From: Lingula anatina
Taxonomy: Eukaryota > Animalia > Brachiopoda
DNA: 64,000 bases
Assembly: GCA_051362555.1 (NCBI GenBank)
Contig: CM120648.1
Span: 2,846,087 to 2,910,086, forward strand
Direction: 5' to 3'
Part shown: in pieces, positions 31,445 through 43,700 of the stretch
Numbering within the stretch: position 1 is the first letter of the stretch
Layout: each line of letters opens with the position of its first letter
The notes under the pieces: generated by a model
What the model was told of the DNA's origin: nothing
The model's database searches: none
Seen by the model: only the letters and a program-made list of their open reading frames with translations
Made by a program: the position numbers and the translations under genes

Positions 31445-34400
31445 GTAGGCTGGGTTGGAATCTGTTTGGGCATCCCCTGCGAAAATTTGTCTCATTTAAC
31501 GCACACTTACAGTTCTCAGTCTGTCCAAGAACAGTGTGTTTTTCTCTTTTAATGAAAATTTTCTTAATCTGTTCTAGGACATTCTGAAGGACTTCCCCAA
31601 AACAGTTCTCGAACTGTTACATTCATTACAGAACAACATTAGAACTGTAAAAAATATACACCAAATGTTCTAGAATAGATTGAGAACCGTAAGTGAACGT
31701 TAAATGAGAAATTTTTGCAGTGGATGGTCGGTGATTTGGTATTTATAGTCAGGGTCAAACAGTTTTGCGTTATCTTTAAATAATCTTCTGCGCAGGGTGT
31801 GGCTGCTATTGCAAAATGTGTAGGTAAAATAAAGGCAAAATAAAATTGATTAGTATCAAACTCATAAGGGATTTTATCCACATTTTGTATCTTTTTATAA
31901 TGTAAGTTGTATAGCACTGTATTTCTGAAAGCAGAGAGCATGTAAGTGTCAAAATATTTCTGTGCTCAATAATTTTTTATTATATTATTATCTTTATTGC
32001 TATGAAATAGGTGAAGTCAGACTGCTGTGTTGTGGAATATGCAGCTACAGTATTTCTGAAAGAGTTGTTCACATTTAAACGACCGAAGTTAAACATCTTT
32101 ATCAGATAAAAATAAAGACAATGCACTTTTTAGTTTTTTCTTTATTGCTTTTGTTTTGAAATTACACAAGTACCTACAAGTGTTATATGTCGTAAGAAAT
32201 ACAAACAACTCAAATAACATATACTACAACAATCATCACGTCACCTGGTAGGCCTAATAGAACACGGTGTGATTTTAAACAGCTAATAAGCGACTGATTC
32301 TTCTTACTGAAAGTGAAACTTAGTGGAGTGCCAATGTATTTACACATTAATTCACATTTATTCAACTTTTTCAAGGTAGCGTTTAACGGGGTACTTTGCT
32401 TTATATATTCAAAATAAATAAATAAAGAAATAACAGTGGAGAATTTTGCCAACCTGGTCATCAGGAGGACGATCAAGAAAGGACTGACCGAGGGAATCCA
32501 GTGCAAGCTGACATGCTATCCACTAGATAAAAGTGGCTCTGTTTGTGATTAGACGGGGGGTGGGGGTGTTGGGGTCGGATTGGGATGCCATGGTCATAAA
32601 ACAATGGCCGCTGAACGAGTTATGGTGTCTCTCTTACTGCATTATGCATAATTGTGACAACTGCACGTAATGTGTGATTATTTGTAACATGGATTTTGTC
32701 ACAAAAAGTGTAAACCTTTCGACGTAGTTAACAGTTATGTGATTTGCTCAAAGAGCTTAGCTAATAGACCGACTGAAACGAAGTGATGGGTATTAAAGAC
32801 CCCATTCACATAGATACTATCGGTCTACGTGGATCGATCAAACTCTGCGTGAACTCTTGGAAAGTGCAAACAGCTTAACTGAATGACACACCTGCTTTTG
32901 TTCCTAACGTACTTGTATAATTACCTGTTTTTCTACATTCTACATAACGCCAGGAGGAAACGTTTTTTGTTTCAGTTAAACAGATTGCCGTACTGACTCA
33001 GACTTTTTATTTTGATCATGACCGGAAAACCAAAAATAAACAAGAATCCCAGCAGAGTTTGGTCGATTCACGTAGACCGATGGTGCCTGTAGAAATGGGG
33101 CCTTAGACACTTGTATTGTCTAAAACGTATCTTGAGTCTACCCTCCACCAGTGCCGCATAATATATTATGTGGACTTTTCTCTGACGCGTTCACAGTGCA
33201 GATAATTACTGTCAATTTAACCAGAGACATATCTGTGAATATCTAATGAATATAAATCTGTGGCCCTGGTAAAGAGTAACTTAAGTCGGTCCAATCAGAG
33301 TAGGTTAATATTTTAGCTCAACGGTTTTTGTGAAACAGCCCCAAGCAAAGTGGTCCTCGTGACGGTGATGGCCAGGGCGGGCATTGAGTGCGCATCTGAT
33401 TATGAACCATGGTGTCTCTAGTCCAGGCATCTTCTTTTTTCATCTTCTTGAATTGGTGTTCATTACACGCTTATTTAAATGCACTTATCCAGTTAGACCA
33501 CTGTGAAAAGCGTGACCACTGATTGGTGTTGGGTTTCTGTTTAAGAAGACCTTGGCTGGATGAAAATGCTTTCATTTGTACTAATAAAACGCCTTAAGCT
33601 ATACTGCCGTGATATCAACCCATTATCACGTGGCTCTGTGATGGATGCAAGCTGTACACGCATCTGCACTCGATCCACGATATTACTATACATTACCATT
33701 TTCAGACATTCCACGCACCCGATCCGATTATTAGTAGTCTAAAACTTCAGTCTTAAAACATGGATTGAATTTTGACTGAACTTTTGAATCCTAAAATTTG
33801 TTTTACATACACATACATGTAGATCACATGATGTTACATATATAGAGGCTCAACATTGCCACATATACTGGTACCAAGTATTCCTAGGTCCCACCAAGAA
33901 ATATATAGATAGGGGGTACATAATTGGTTTCATCACTTGCCCTTTTCTGTTGTCCTTGTTAAAATATGTAATGTCGTGAGTGTCTTTACTTGAAAGGTTA
34001 TTTCTATACATAGGGCCTCATCTGATTCTAAAACCAGCAGTTATGAATGGCATAGTGTATATTGCCAAGGAAAAATTGCAATTCAATGCTTCGAAGATAT
34101 CAAATGGTTTATTTTTCAGATAAAGTGAAGTTAGCCAAACTAAAGAACCCTGCTGTTCCCCGTGAAGCCAAGGAAGCAGCAGGTCCATCAAGAAAAGGTG
34201 ATATCTAGAACTTAATTATTTTAGGTGTTCCTTCAGGGGTGTGGATATGAACAGCTAAGACGCCCCTGGTCTTCTATCAAAAAAATTCTGACAGGGATAT
34301 ACATAAACTCTGTTACATAGCACATTTGTGTGACTGCATAAGAGTACAAATAGCACACGTTCCCTGTATGCGTATTGACCCGGATTTCAGTTTTGAAATT

Positions 34401-37400
34401 TCTCGGATTTTGTGACAGACGCGTTTTGGGAGTAATTTAAATCGTCATTGTGGCTTAAGGGATGTCTCTGTCCCACAGGTACAACAACGGTTTTCAGAAC
34501 CATTCTTAAGGTCAGAGAAGAATCTCATTAGCGGTGTTATGTTATAAGAATAAAGCAATTTTTGCTTCAATCAAACAGCTTAATATCGAAATCGTTTACC
34601 TGATGTAGATGCTCTGACAGACATAGAAATATGTGAGGTAAACTATTTTATATTATTTAGCTGTTGATTGAAGAAAAAATACTATATTCTTATCCTTACG
34701 GTAGTTCATTAAAATTGAAAGGATTTACCATTTTTAGATAGTAGTCTAGTGAGATTTTTGAAAAAAGGCTCTGCATAAGAAGCAAGGGGCATTTTTGGGT
34801 AAAAGTTGGGAACCAGGTTTATTAGCATAATTTTGGCATGCTGAATCCGATTTACCCGGTTCCCAAGCGAAATTTTGTGTTTTTAACGGTCTAATTTGCA
34901 GAAAACAAAATGGCCGCCAGATTTCCAATTTTCTGCACTATCTCTCTAACTAGACAGGCGAATATGACAAATAAAGTGTCCTTACCTATATTTTCAGGGT
35001 CGAAGAACATTATTAAGATAATTCTGTTAAAATTAGATTTACACAATTTTCCTAAATATGCAAATTAGGACCGCCATTACTGAAAAACCGTTTTACTGCT
35101 GTATCTCTGCAACTAGGCAAGCAAACATGTCACATGAAGTGTCCACACCTATGTTCTCAGGGTCAGAGAATGTGATAAATCAGATGTCTTGTCTGATGGG
35201 TCGCACTAACTTTGTGCTTCGTGTTCGAGTAGCACTTTTATTTGTTTCTTCCCTGTATCTGTCAAACACAACATCAATCTGCTGATAGTCAGAACCTGCC
35301 TTCAGAGCTGCTCTTACGTATGTGTCAGCAAAACCACCAAAGATCACTTCATTGTCAGTCAATTGTTAGGAAAGGCGAAGAGTCATTCAGTTTAATTTCA
35401 TCAGGGCAGACTACGTCTTCTGTTAACATTTCTGCTAATACAGATTTGTTTCCGGTGCACTGTGTACCATTCATTTCAGCAAGTGATGCAGGGACTGGGA
35501 GAAGTTCATGCTTAAAGACAGACGGCAAGTCAACTGTCCGAGTTGCCTCATAGGACCCCCCTGACACTCCCATAAATCTGCCACTGCACCCTGAATCTCA
35601 TGAAAACCAAGAGCAATGCACCCTCGTCTTGATTGAGTAGCTTCACTTTGAAGATGCACACTGCTTGGAAAGTGGTTGAACATAGCATGCGTTTCAGCTG
35701 CATACAAAAGTGTCCATCAACAAAGTGAAGATGTTGTTTTTGTGATACCTATGATCCGCCCCCTTTCTTTTCCGTACCATTTATCCACCCCATTGCTTGT
35801 TAGGGATCTACTTGGTTTAACCTCAGAACTGAACGCTTGACAACGAAGTTGCCTGTTTTTACAGCCTCTGGTAATTGGTGCATCTTTGCTTCACTGGACT
35901 CCATCTTGAATAAATGAAGTGGTCGTACCTTATGAAGAATGGCAAGATCTGACATTCCGTCCCGTTGTGCCCGAGTAAACTGCAGTAGTATGGATACCAT
36001 GTCCATGTAGGCCCACCAGAAGACAAAGTTCACATCACTGAATTTGTTCTCAGCGAAATCGTTCAGAAGCTTGAGAAACTGCTTAGACTTCAAACTTGCT
36101 ATAAACACAGGAATGTTTTCCGGATCGTCAATAATTCAATTGGATTCAATAGATCATCAGAAGATTAAAGCTAAAATTCAAGAAATTTGGTTATTTAAAT
36201 TCAAACGATAGCAATGGGTAACCAGCGATAAGCTAATGGAAAAATCGCTGGAATGAATGAGGTGGGATGCCATTGTGTACTGGACTTGAAGTATAGATAT
36301 ACATATTAATATAGAATATTTTAGTTCAAAAGCAAAGTATTGATAATAAATTAACTTTTTCTTTAAAAAAGTTGATCACATATGTCAATTGTGATCAGGT
36401 ATATGTATAGCCAGGTGTGTCGGTTATTGTTCATTAGACTGCTTTCTCTAAAGCGCGGTTATATAAGGTAATATGTGGCAGTTTCTCTGAGCAGTCCTCT
36501 TTGGCTGGTTACATAATGCGTATAAAAGGGCATCAATTCTGCAGAATAAGTCTTCATGTTTCGGTATGCCCAGTCAGAAGAGTTTGATATTTTGCAGAAT
36601 CTTAGCAGACCTTATGGTACGTGAAATAACGGCAGCAATTTGTATTATGCCAGAATGGGCAGAAGCAAACTGCTATTGCCAGACAGCTGATTGTGTCCCA
36701 GGGAGCAGTTTCTAAAGTCTTACAGAGACACCAGACTGGAACATCAACACAGAGACCACGACCAAGACGTCTGAAAGTCACCACCAGAAGGGAAGACCGC
36801 TTGCTTCTTCAGCTATGTCGCAACAACCGGACAAAAAACACTCGTGCTCTACAAAATGAGTGTCAAATTACCATTCAAAAGCATGTTTTTAGAACCCAAG
36901 TGAATGCAAGGCTACTTTTAGCCGGTTACCATGCTAGGCGACCTCAAAGGAAGTCTCTGTTAAAAGAGCAACGCCAACGTCTGCCTCAACGGTGGGCTAG
37001 ACACCATTTGCGGTTCCAGCCACAGCACTGGGTTCCTGTTTTTTTTTTTGCAGTCGAGGCAAGGCTTGAGCTTGGGCAATGGCCGAATCAGAGTCCGTAT
37101 GCTTCCAGACGAGGTACTGCTTGAGTCACCCCTACAGTGACTGGTGGCGGTGGCAGTTTCTGTGTATGGGCCAGTTTCCACGCTGGAGCCAAAACACCAT
37201 TGGTGGCAATTGATGGAAACCTCAACCAGAAAAAATACAGGGACATTTTAGAGAATACTTGCTTGCCATTTGCAAGAAGGTACTTCCAGGACAACTTCAT
37301 CCTGCAAGATGACATTGCCAGACCACACCGTACCCATGCAAAACTGCTTTTCTGCAAAACCAAGAGGTAAACCAATTGCCTTGGCCGTCGAATTCCTCTG

Positions 37401-40400
37401 ACATGAATCCAATAATGAACCTGTTGGCAGAAATCACTCATCACTCGCAGAATCAAAAGCTTACCTGTCCAACCTACAAATCTGCACCAGCTTAGACAAG
37501 CTCTGACTGATGCGTGGAACACAATACCGGATCAAACTCTCAAAAACCTCTCTGCAGGATTGCCTCGCAAAATGAAGGCTCCGGTTGCAGCTAGAGGATG
37601 CGGCACGCATTATAAACTGTTTCCATTTTTTATAATTTGTCTTGATGATTCTTTTGTTTAAGAGAAAATCCTAACCAACTGATATTTTTTATAATATTTA
37701 GTTCACAAGAATTCAGTACCTTGTTGCTATCTGCTATAAAATTACCCATGTGCTGTTGATAATGCTGATTTGAATATTTAAATTTAATTTGTGATGATAT
37801 ATTGACACGGGATGATTTATTAAAGTCATATCGAACATGATAACAAGTGTTCTTTTCATTCATTACTAACAGATGGGGAAAAATCAAAGAAAATATGTTT
37901 GAAAAAAAATCCATACATAAATGTATATTCTTATATATTGTGTACCGTGTAAATAATGCAGTTTTGTGAGCCTGCAAATGCATTCATATCATTTAGTGCT
38001 CAATAAACGTATTATTACTATTATATTAAATATCAAGTCTGTACATTGCATCACATAAATTTCTTGATTCAGTAAATCCCTCCATTGCATTAATAAGGGA
38101 ATCACATTTTTCTAGGTAAAAGGGGCAATTGTGTGGTCCAATGTTTACATCCCAATGGCAGCACAGTATTTAATCGCCAAATTAAATTCAAATTCGAATA
38201 ATTGCAACAGTGTGACAGTGTAGCACTGATTACTGATTTGGTTATAGTGAAGATGTCTTAACCACTTTCTCTGACCCTGAAAACATGGGTGTGTTCACTT
38301 CATGTGTAATGTTTGCTTGCCTAGTTGCAGAGATACAGCAGTAAAACGGTTTTTCAGTAATGGCGGTCCTAATTTGCATATTTAGGAAAATCTGGTAAAC
38401 CTATTCTATCGGAAATATTTAAATGATGTTCCTCGACCCTGAAAATATAGGTAAAGACACATTTGTCATATTCACCTGTCTAGTTACAGAGATATTGCAG
38501 AAAATTGGAAATCTGGCGGCCATTTTTGTTTTTTGCAAATTAGACCGTTAAAAACGCAGAATTTCGCTTGGGAACCGGGTAAATCGGATTCAGCATGCCA
38601 AAATTATGCTAATAAACCTGGTTCCCAACTTTTACCCAAAAATGCCCCTACTGTTCACATTTTGTGGAAATGTCACTAGACTATAGTATATAAAGATAAT
38701 CAAGTGAATTGAAAATCACTTTAAAATATGTAACGGGGAGAAAGACTGTACTTGTATGCTTCTTATTCTTTTCACATACAACTTCAGTCGGTTATATAAA
38801 GTGACTTAGTACCTGTGAACGAGATACTACATGTACCAAGGAATAGGTTCAATAATATAACACAAACAAACCGGATTGTTAAATCTTATAATTATTATAA
38901 TTGTTATTATTTTCAGATAAGGCAAAGCTGCCCCCAGTAAAGGGCCCTAGTACACCCGGTGAATCCAAGGGTACGCCAGGAAAGGGTACACCAGGAAAGG
39001 GTACGCCTGGAAAGGGTACGCCAGGAAAGGGTACACCAGGAAAGGGTACACCCGGTAAACCAGGAAAAGGTGATGATTAGAACCTAAAGGCATAGCAGTT
39101 CTTTTCTTGAGGACCACATTTCACAATAAATATATAATAAAAGGCCTCATAGAAATAAAATAAATTCTGTTTCACCACCAAAACGGCAGTTATTGCAATT
39201 ATTCTGGAATCTCTGCTTGCCATCCGACCTCGTGACCCACGTAGATGGCTGCCGTCTGTAAGGCTGGTAAGACTGGGCTCCCATTAACCTATCCATCTAA
39301 CTCCGAGGGGATGCTTGCTATGGTGTATTCAGTTTAAGCGGCTTAAATGTCTGTCACATCCACTGAAGCTGCTAGGGGGTTAATTAACTTTTGTGCACGC
39401 TTAAACTGAATGCAATTTAGCGAGAATCCCCTTAGAGATAGATCGATCCTGCTAGTAGGATATGGTTATGGGAATAGTCCCTAATACCCCGGTAACTCTC
39501 AAGAAGCATTCGCTCCCCTTTGATTTGAGGCATTAGTTAACCAAATTAAAAGATCGCTGAAAATATCTGTATTTAATTGTCCCCACCTGATGCAGATGCC
39601 ATGCATTCCGTCGCCTAGCTGCAATATAAACTCAAAAACATTAACACAACGTTATAAGATTAAAGTTCTCATTTTGTTCACTAAATTGACGCTGCACCTT
39701 ATACCCCCTTGACACTGGACGGCGTCCTTTCTGCGTCCTTTCTGCGACCATGAAATTTGGCATCGCTGTGGTCTTAATAAGGAGGCACAAGCATCGATTT
39801 TGTATCAGAATGAATGCTCAATGATCGGCCAGTTGTCTGCCGTAAAGTATTATAATTTTTTAACTCTCAAAAGGGGCCGTACTGCTGGACGCAGAAAGGA
39901 CGCCGTCCAGTGTAAAGGGGGCTTTATTGCATTTATGAGACTGAGCTAGCACTGTTCACTTGTCTCAGTCATAGTGCGGTCCCATGTATGTGACAATAGG
40001 TGTCCCCAACGCAAAGATGTAAACATTCAGAATTATATTATATTATATTATATTATATTATATTATATTATATTATATTATATTATATTATATTATATTA
40101 TATCAATGTGTTGTAAACCTTCATACCATAGACTGGGTTCCCATACCTAGATCGATCTAACAAGATCGACCTATCTCCAAGGGGTTTCTCGCTAAATTGC
40201 TTTCAGTTTAAGCGGCTTAGATGTCTGGTACGCCTACTGAAGCTGCTAAACGATAATTAATTACCCCCTAGCAGCTTCAGTGGGCGTGACAGACAATAAG
40301 ATTATTGCAATTTAGCGAGAATCCCCTTGGAGATAGATCGATCTACAGTTAGTACGACAGGGCCTGCGAATGGTCCCACACAGTCCCTCTTTTCTCACTA

Positions 40401-40711
40401 AAATTATATGGTTAAACGCACATTGTCACAACCGGTTGACCACTGGGTCCGATTGTATTGTAGGTTGTAGAGGCGGCCCCCCCGGCACAGAAAATTGGAG
40501 CAGAAACCCAGACGGCACCAAATGTTTCAAATATTTCCGCCACGGAGGTCGGGAGGGACTGGACTTTTCCCAGGCGGGGGCGTTCTGTTCACAAAAGGCG
40601 GACACGGCAAGTTTAGCCATCATAGAAAGCCCCGAAGAGCAGAAGCTTGCACAGACCCTGATCCCACCAAGGTAGTAGAGAGTATACTACTTGAAACTTA
40701 GGCAAATTATG

Positions 40712-40763
<52 letters not shown>

Positions 40764-43700
40764 ATAGAAAAGTATGATTTTTCATGGCGTATATATTTTA
40801 TATAAATACGAAAAAATTCAAAATTCCATAGGTAAAATCCATTAGAAGCCTTTGAGCCTTTCTCATTCTTGTACTTCAGAACCTGATTTTTACCTTTCTG
40901 TTCGCTTCTGGCTTGAAAAGTTTCCGTATGTACCAGAAACAAGCAAAATCCAATATGCACAGTATTAGTTCCAAAAATATATACAAAATATTTTCATATT
41001 AATAGTTATAGTAATTTCTTAAAGTTATTAATAAACCAGACAATATACACATACATTACAGTGTCTATGGAATTCACAATTTTTCCAGTTGAAATGATCG
41101 AGCCAGTACCATATTACAAATTAAAGGTTAATGCTTTCTTGATAAAAAAAGTACAACAAAATCGATGGGCATCAACACATTTTGCAGAGAACGTGTGGAA
41201 ATCACGTGGATCGGACTCACGAGGGACGGTCAGGAGGGCTGGGGGTGGATTGACGGCACGGACATAGGGTACAGGAACTGGAACGGGCAGGGGGGCGGTC
41301 TGCCACCCATCAAACCAGGCCGCAACTGTGCCTCCATTCTGACTAAAAAGGGCGTGACGCGATGGAGAAATCAGAGGTGTGGTGCAAAGGGCAATGCCTT
41401 ATGTGAAGTCAAGGTATTATTTTCAGTATAATCTTTTATTCTACGTGTAGTAGTTTTAAAGTTCAAGAAGCAGTCTTTTAACTTAGGAGGCATTCAGAAT
41501 GGATGATCCGAGTACTGACTGATCTGCCGACTAAATATGGCTGGACCACACTTCAAAAGCGATGCCGTCTATTCCCGATGGTTTCCTCGCCTCCTTACGC
41601 GTCATTGAACGGATTAATTCTCGGCTCCGAGGTTAAATAGCTAGGCCCCTGCAGCGCCAGCGCGTGTGCAGGCGGGGAGACCATCATGGAACTAGCAGCA
41701 TCGCTGGGACTGCCATATTAGTCGGTGGATCAGTTAGTACTCGGATCATCTATTGTGAATGACCCTTAGCCTCATTCAATAATAAAGCGTTTGATTATTA
41801 TAACAATGTTATAATCATTTTATGTACAACTTCAAACAATTGGATTGTAATCTTGAATAATTAAATATTATTATCGGAACACTGATATTCAAAGCCTCTA
41901 TTGAGCGTTCTACAATGGGTGGCAGAAAAACGCCTAGATAGCTGGAAAAAAACATGTACACACTTCCAGTATATATTAATGGCGTTCTTCCAGTATGATG
42001 TAGATGAATGTGCCCTGGCCACAGACGATTGCGCTGAGAACGCCACATGCGCCAACACCGTGGGCAGTTTCACCTGCACCTGCCTAGCTGGCTTCACCGG
42101 CGACGGCACAGCGTGTGATGATGTAGATGAATGTGCCCTGGCCACAGATGATTGCGCTGAGAACGCCACATGCGCCAACACCGTGGGCAGTTTCACCTGC
42201 ACCTGCCTAGCTGGTTTCACCGGCGACGGCACAGCGTGTGATGATGTAGATGAATGTGCCCTGGCCACAGATGATTGCGCTGAGAACGCCACATGCGCCA
42301 ACACCGTGGGCAGTTTCACCTGCACCTGCCTAGCTGGTTTCACCGGCGACGGCACAGCGTGTGATGATGTAGATGAATGTGCCCTGGCCACAGATGATTG
42401 CGCTGAGAACGCCACATGCGCCAACACCGTGGACAGTTTCACCTGCACCTGCCTAGCTGGTTTCACCGGCGACGGCACAGCGTGTGATGATGCAGATGAA
42501 TGTGCCCTGGCCACAGACGATTGCGCTGAGAACGCCACATGCGCCAACACCGTGGGCAGTTTCACCTGCACCTGCCTAGCTGGCTTCACCGGCGACGGCA
42601 CAGCGTGTGATGATGTAGATGAATGTGCCCTGGCCACAGACGATTGCGCTGAGAACGCCACATGCGCCAACACCGTGGGCAGTTTCACCTGCACCTGCCT
42701 AGCTGGCTTCACCGGCGACGGCACAGCGTGTGATGATGTAGATGAATGTGCCCTGGCCACAGACGATTGCGCTGAGAACGCCACATGCGCCAACACCGTG
42801 GGCAGTTTCACCTGCACCTGCCTAGCTGGTTTCACCGGCGACGGCACAGCGTGTGATGATGTAGATGAATGTGCCCTGGCCACAGACGATTGCGCTGAGA
42901 ACGCCACATGCGCCAACACCGTGGGCAGTTTCACCTGCACCTGCCTAGCTGGTTTCACCGGCGACGGCACAGCGTGTGATGATGTAGATGAATGTGCCCT
43001 GGCCACAGACGATTGCGCTGAGAACGCCACATGCGCCAACACCGTGGGCAGTTTCACCTGCACCTGCCTAGCTGGTTTCACCGGCGACGGCACAGCGTGT
43101 GATGATGTAGATGAATGTGCCCTGGCCACAGATGATTGCGCTGAGAACGCCACATGCGCCAACACCGTGGGCAGTTTCACCTGCACCTGCCTAGCTGGTT
43201 TCACCGGCGACGGCACAGCGTGTGATGATGTAGATGAATGTGCCCTGGCCACAGATGATTGCGCTGAGAACGCCACATGCGCCAACACCGTGGGCAGTTT
43301 CACCTGCACCTGCCTAGCTGGTTTCACCGGCGACGGCACAGCGTGTGATGATGTAGATGAATGTGCCCTGGCCACAGATGATTGCGCTGAGAACGCCACA
43401 TGCGCCAACACCGTGGGCAGTTTCACCTGCACCTGCCTAGCTGGTTTCACCGGCGACGGCACAGCGTGTGATGATGTAGATGAATGTGCCCTGGCCACAG
43501 ATGATTGCGCTGAGAACGCCACATGCGCCAACACCGTGGGCAGTTTCACCTGCACCTGCCTAGCTGGTTTCACCGGCGACGGCACAGCGTGTGATGATGT
43601 AGATGAATGTGCCCTGGCCACAGATGATTGCGCTGAGAACGCCACATGCGCCAACACCGTGGGCAGTTTCACCTGCACCTGCCTAGCTGGTTTCACCGGC

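Noticed and set aside
41901-41993. N-terminus MSVLQWVAEK... of the 3438-aa ORF call
   Set aside because: It starts at TTG in intronic sequence. The coding part begins at the acceptor at 41994.
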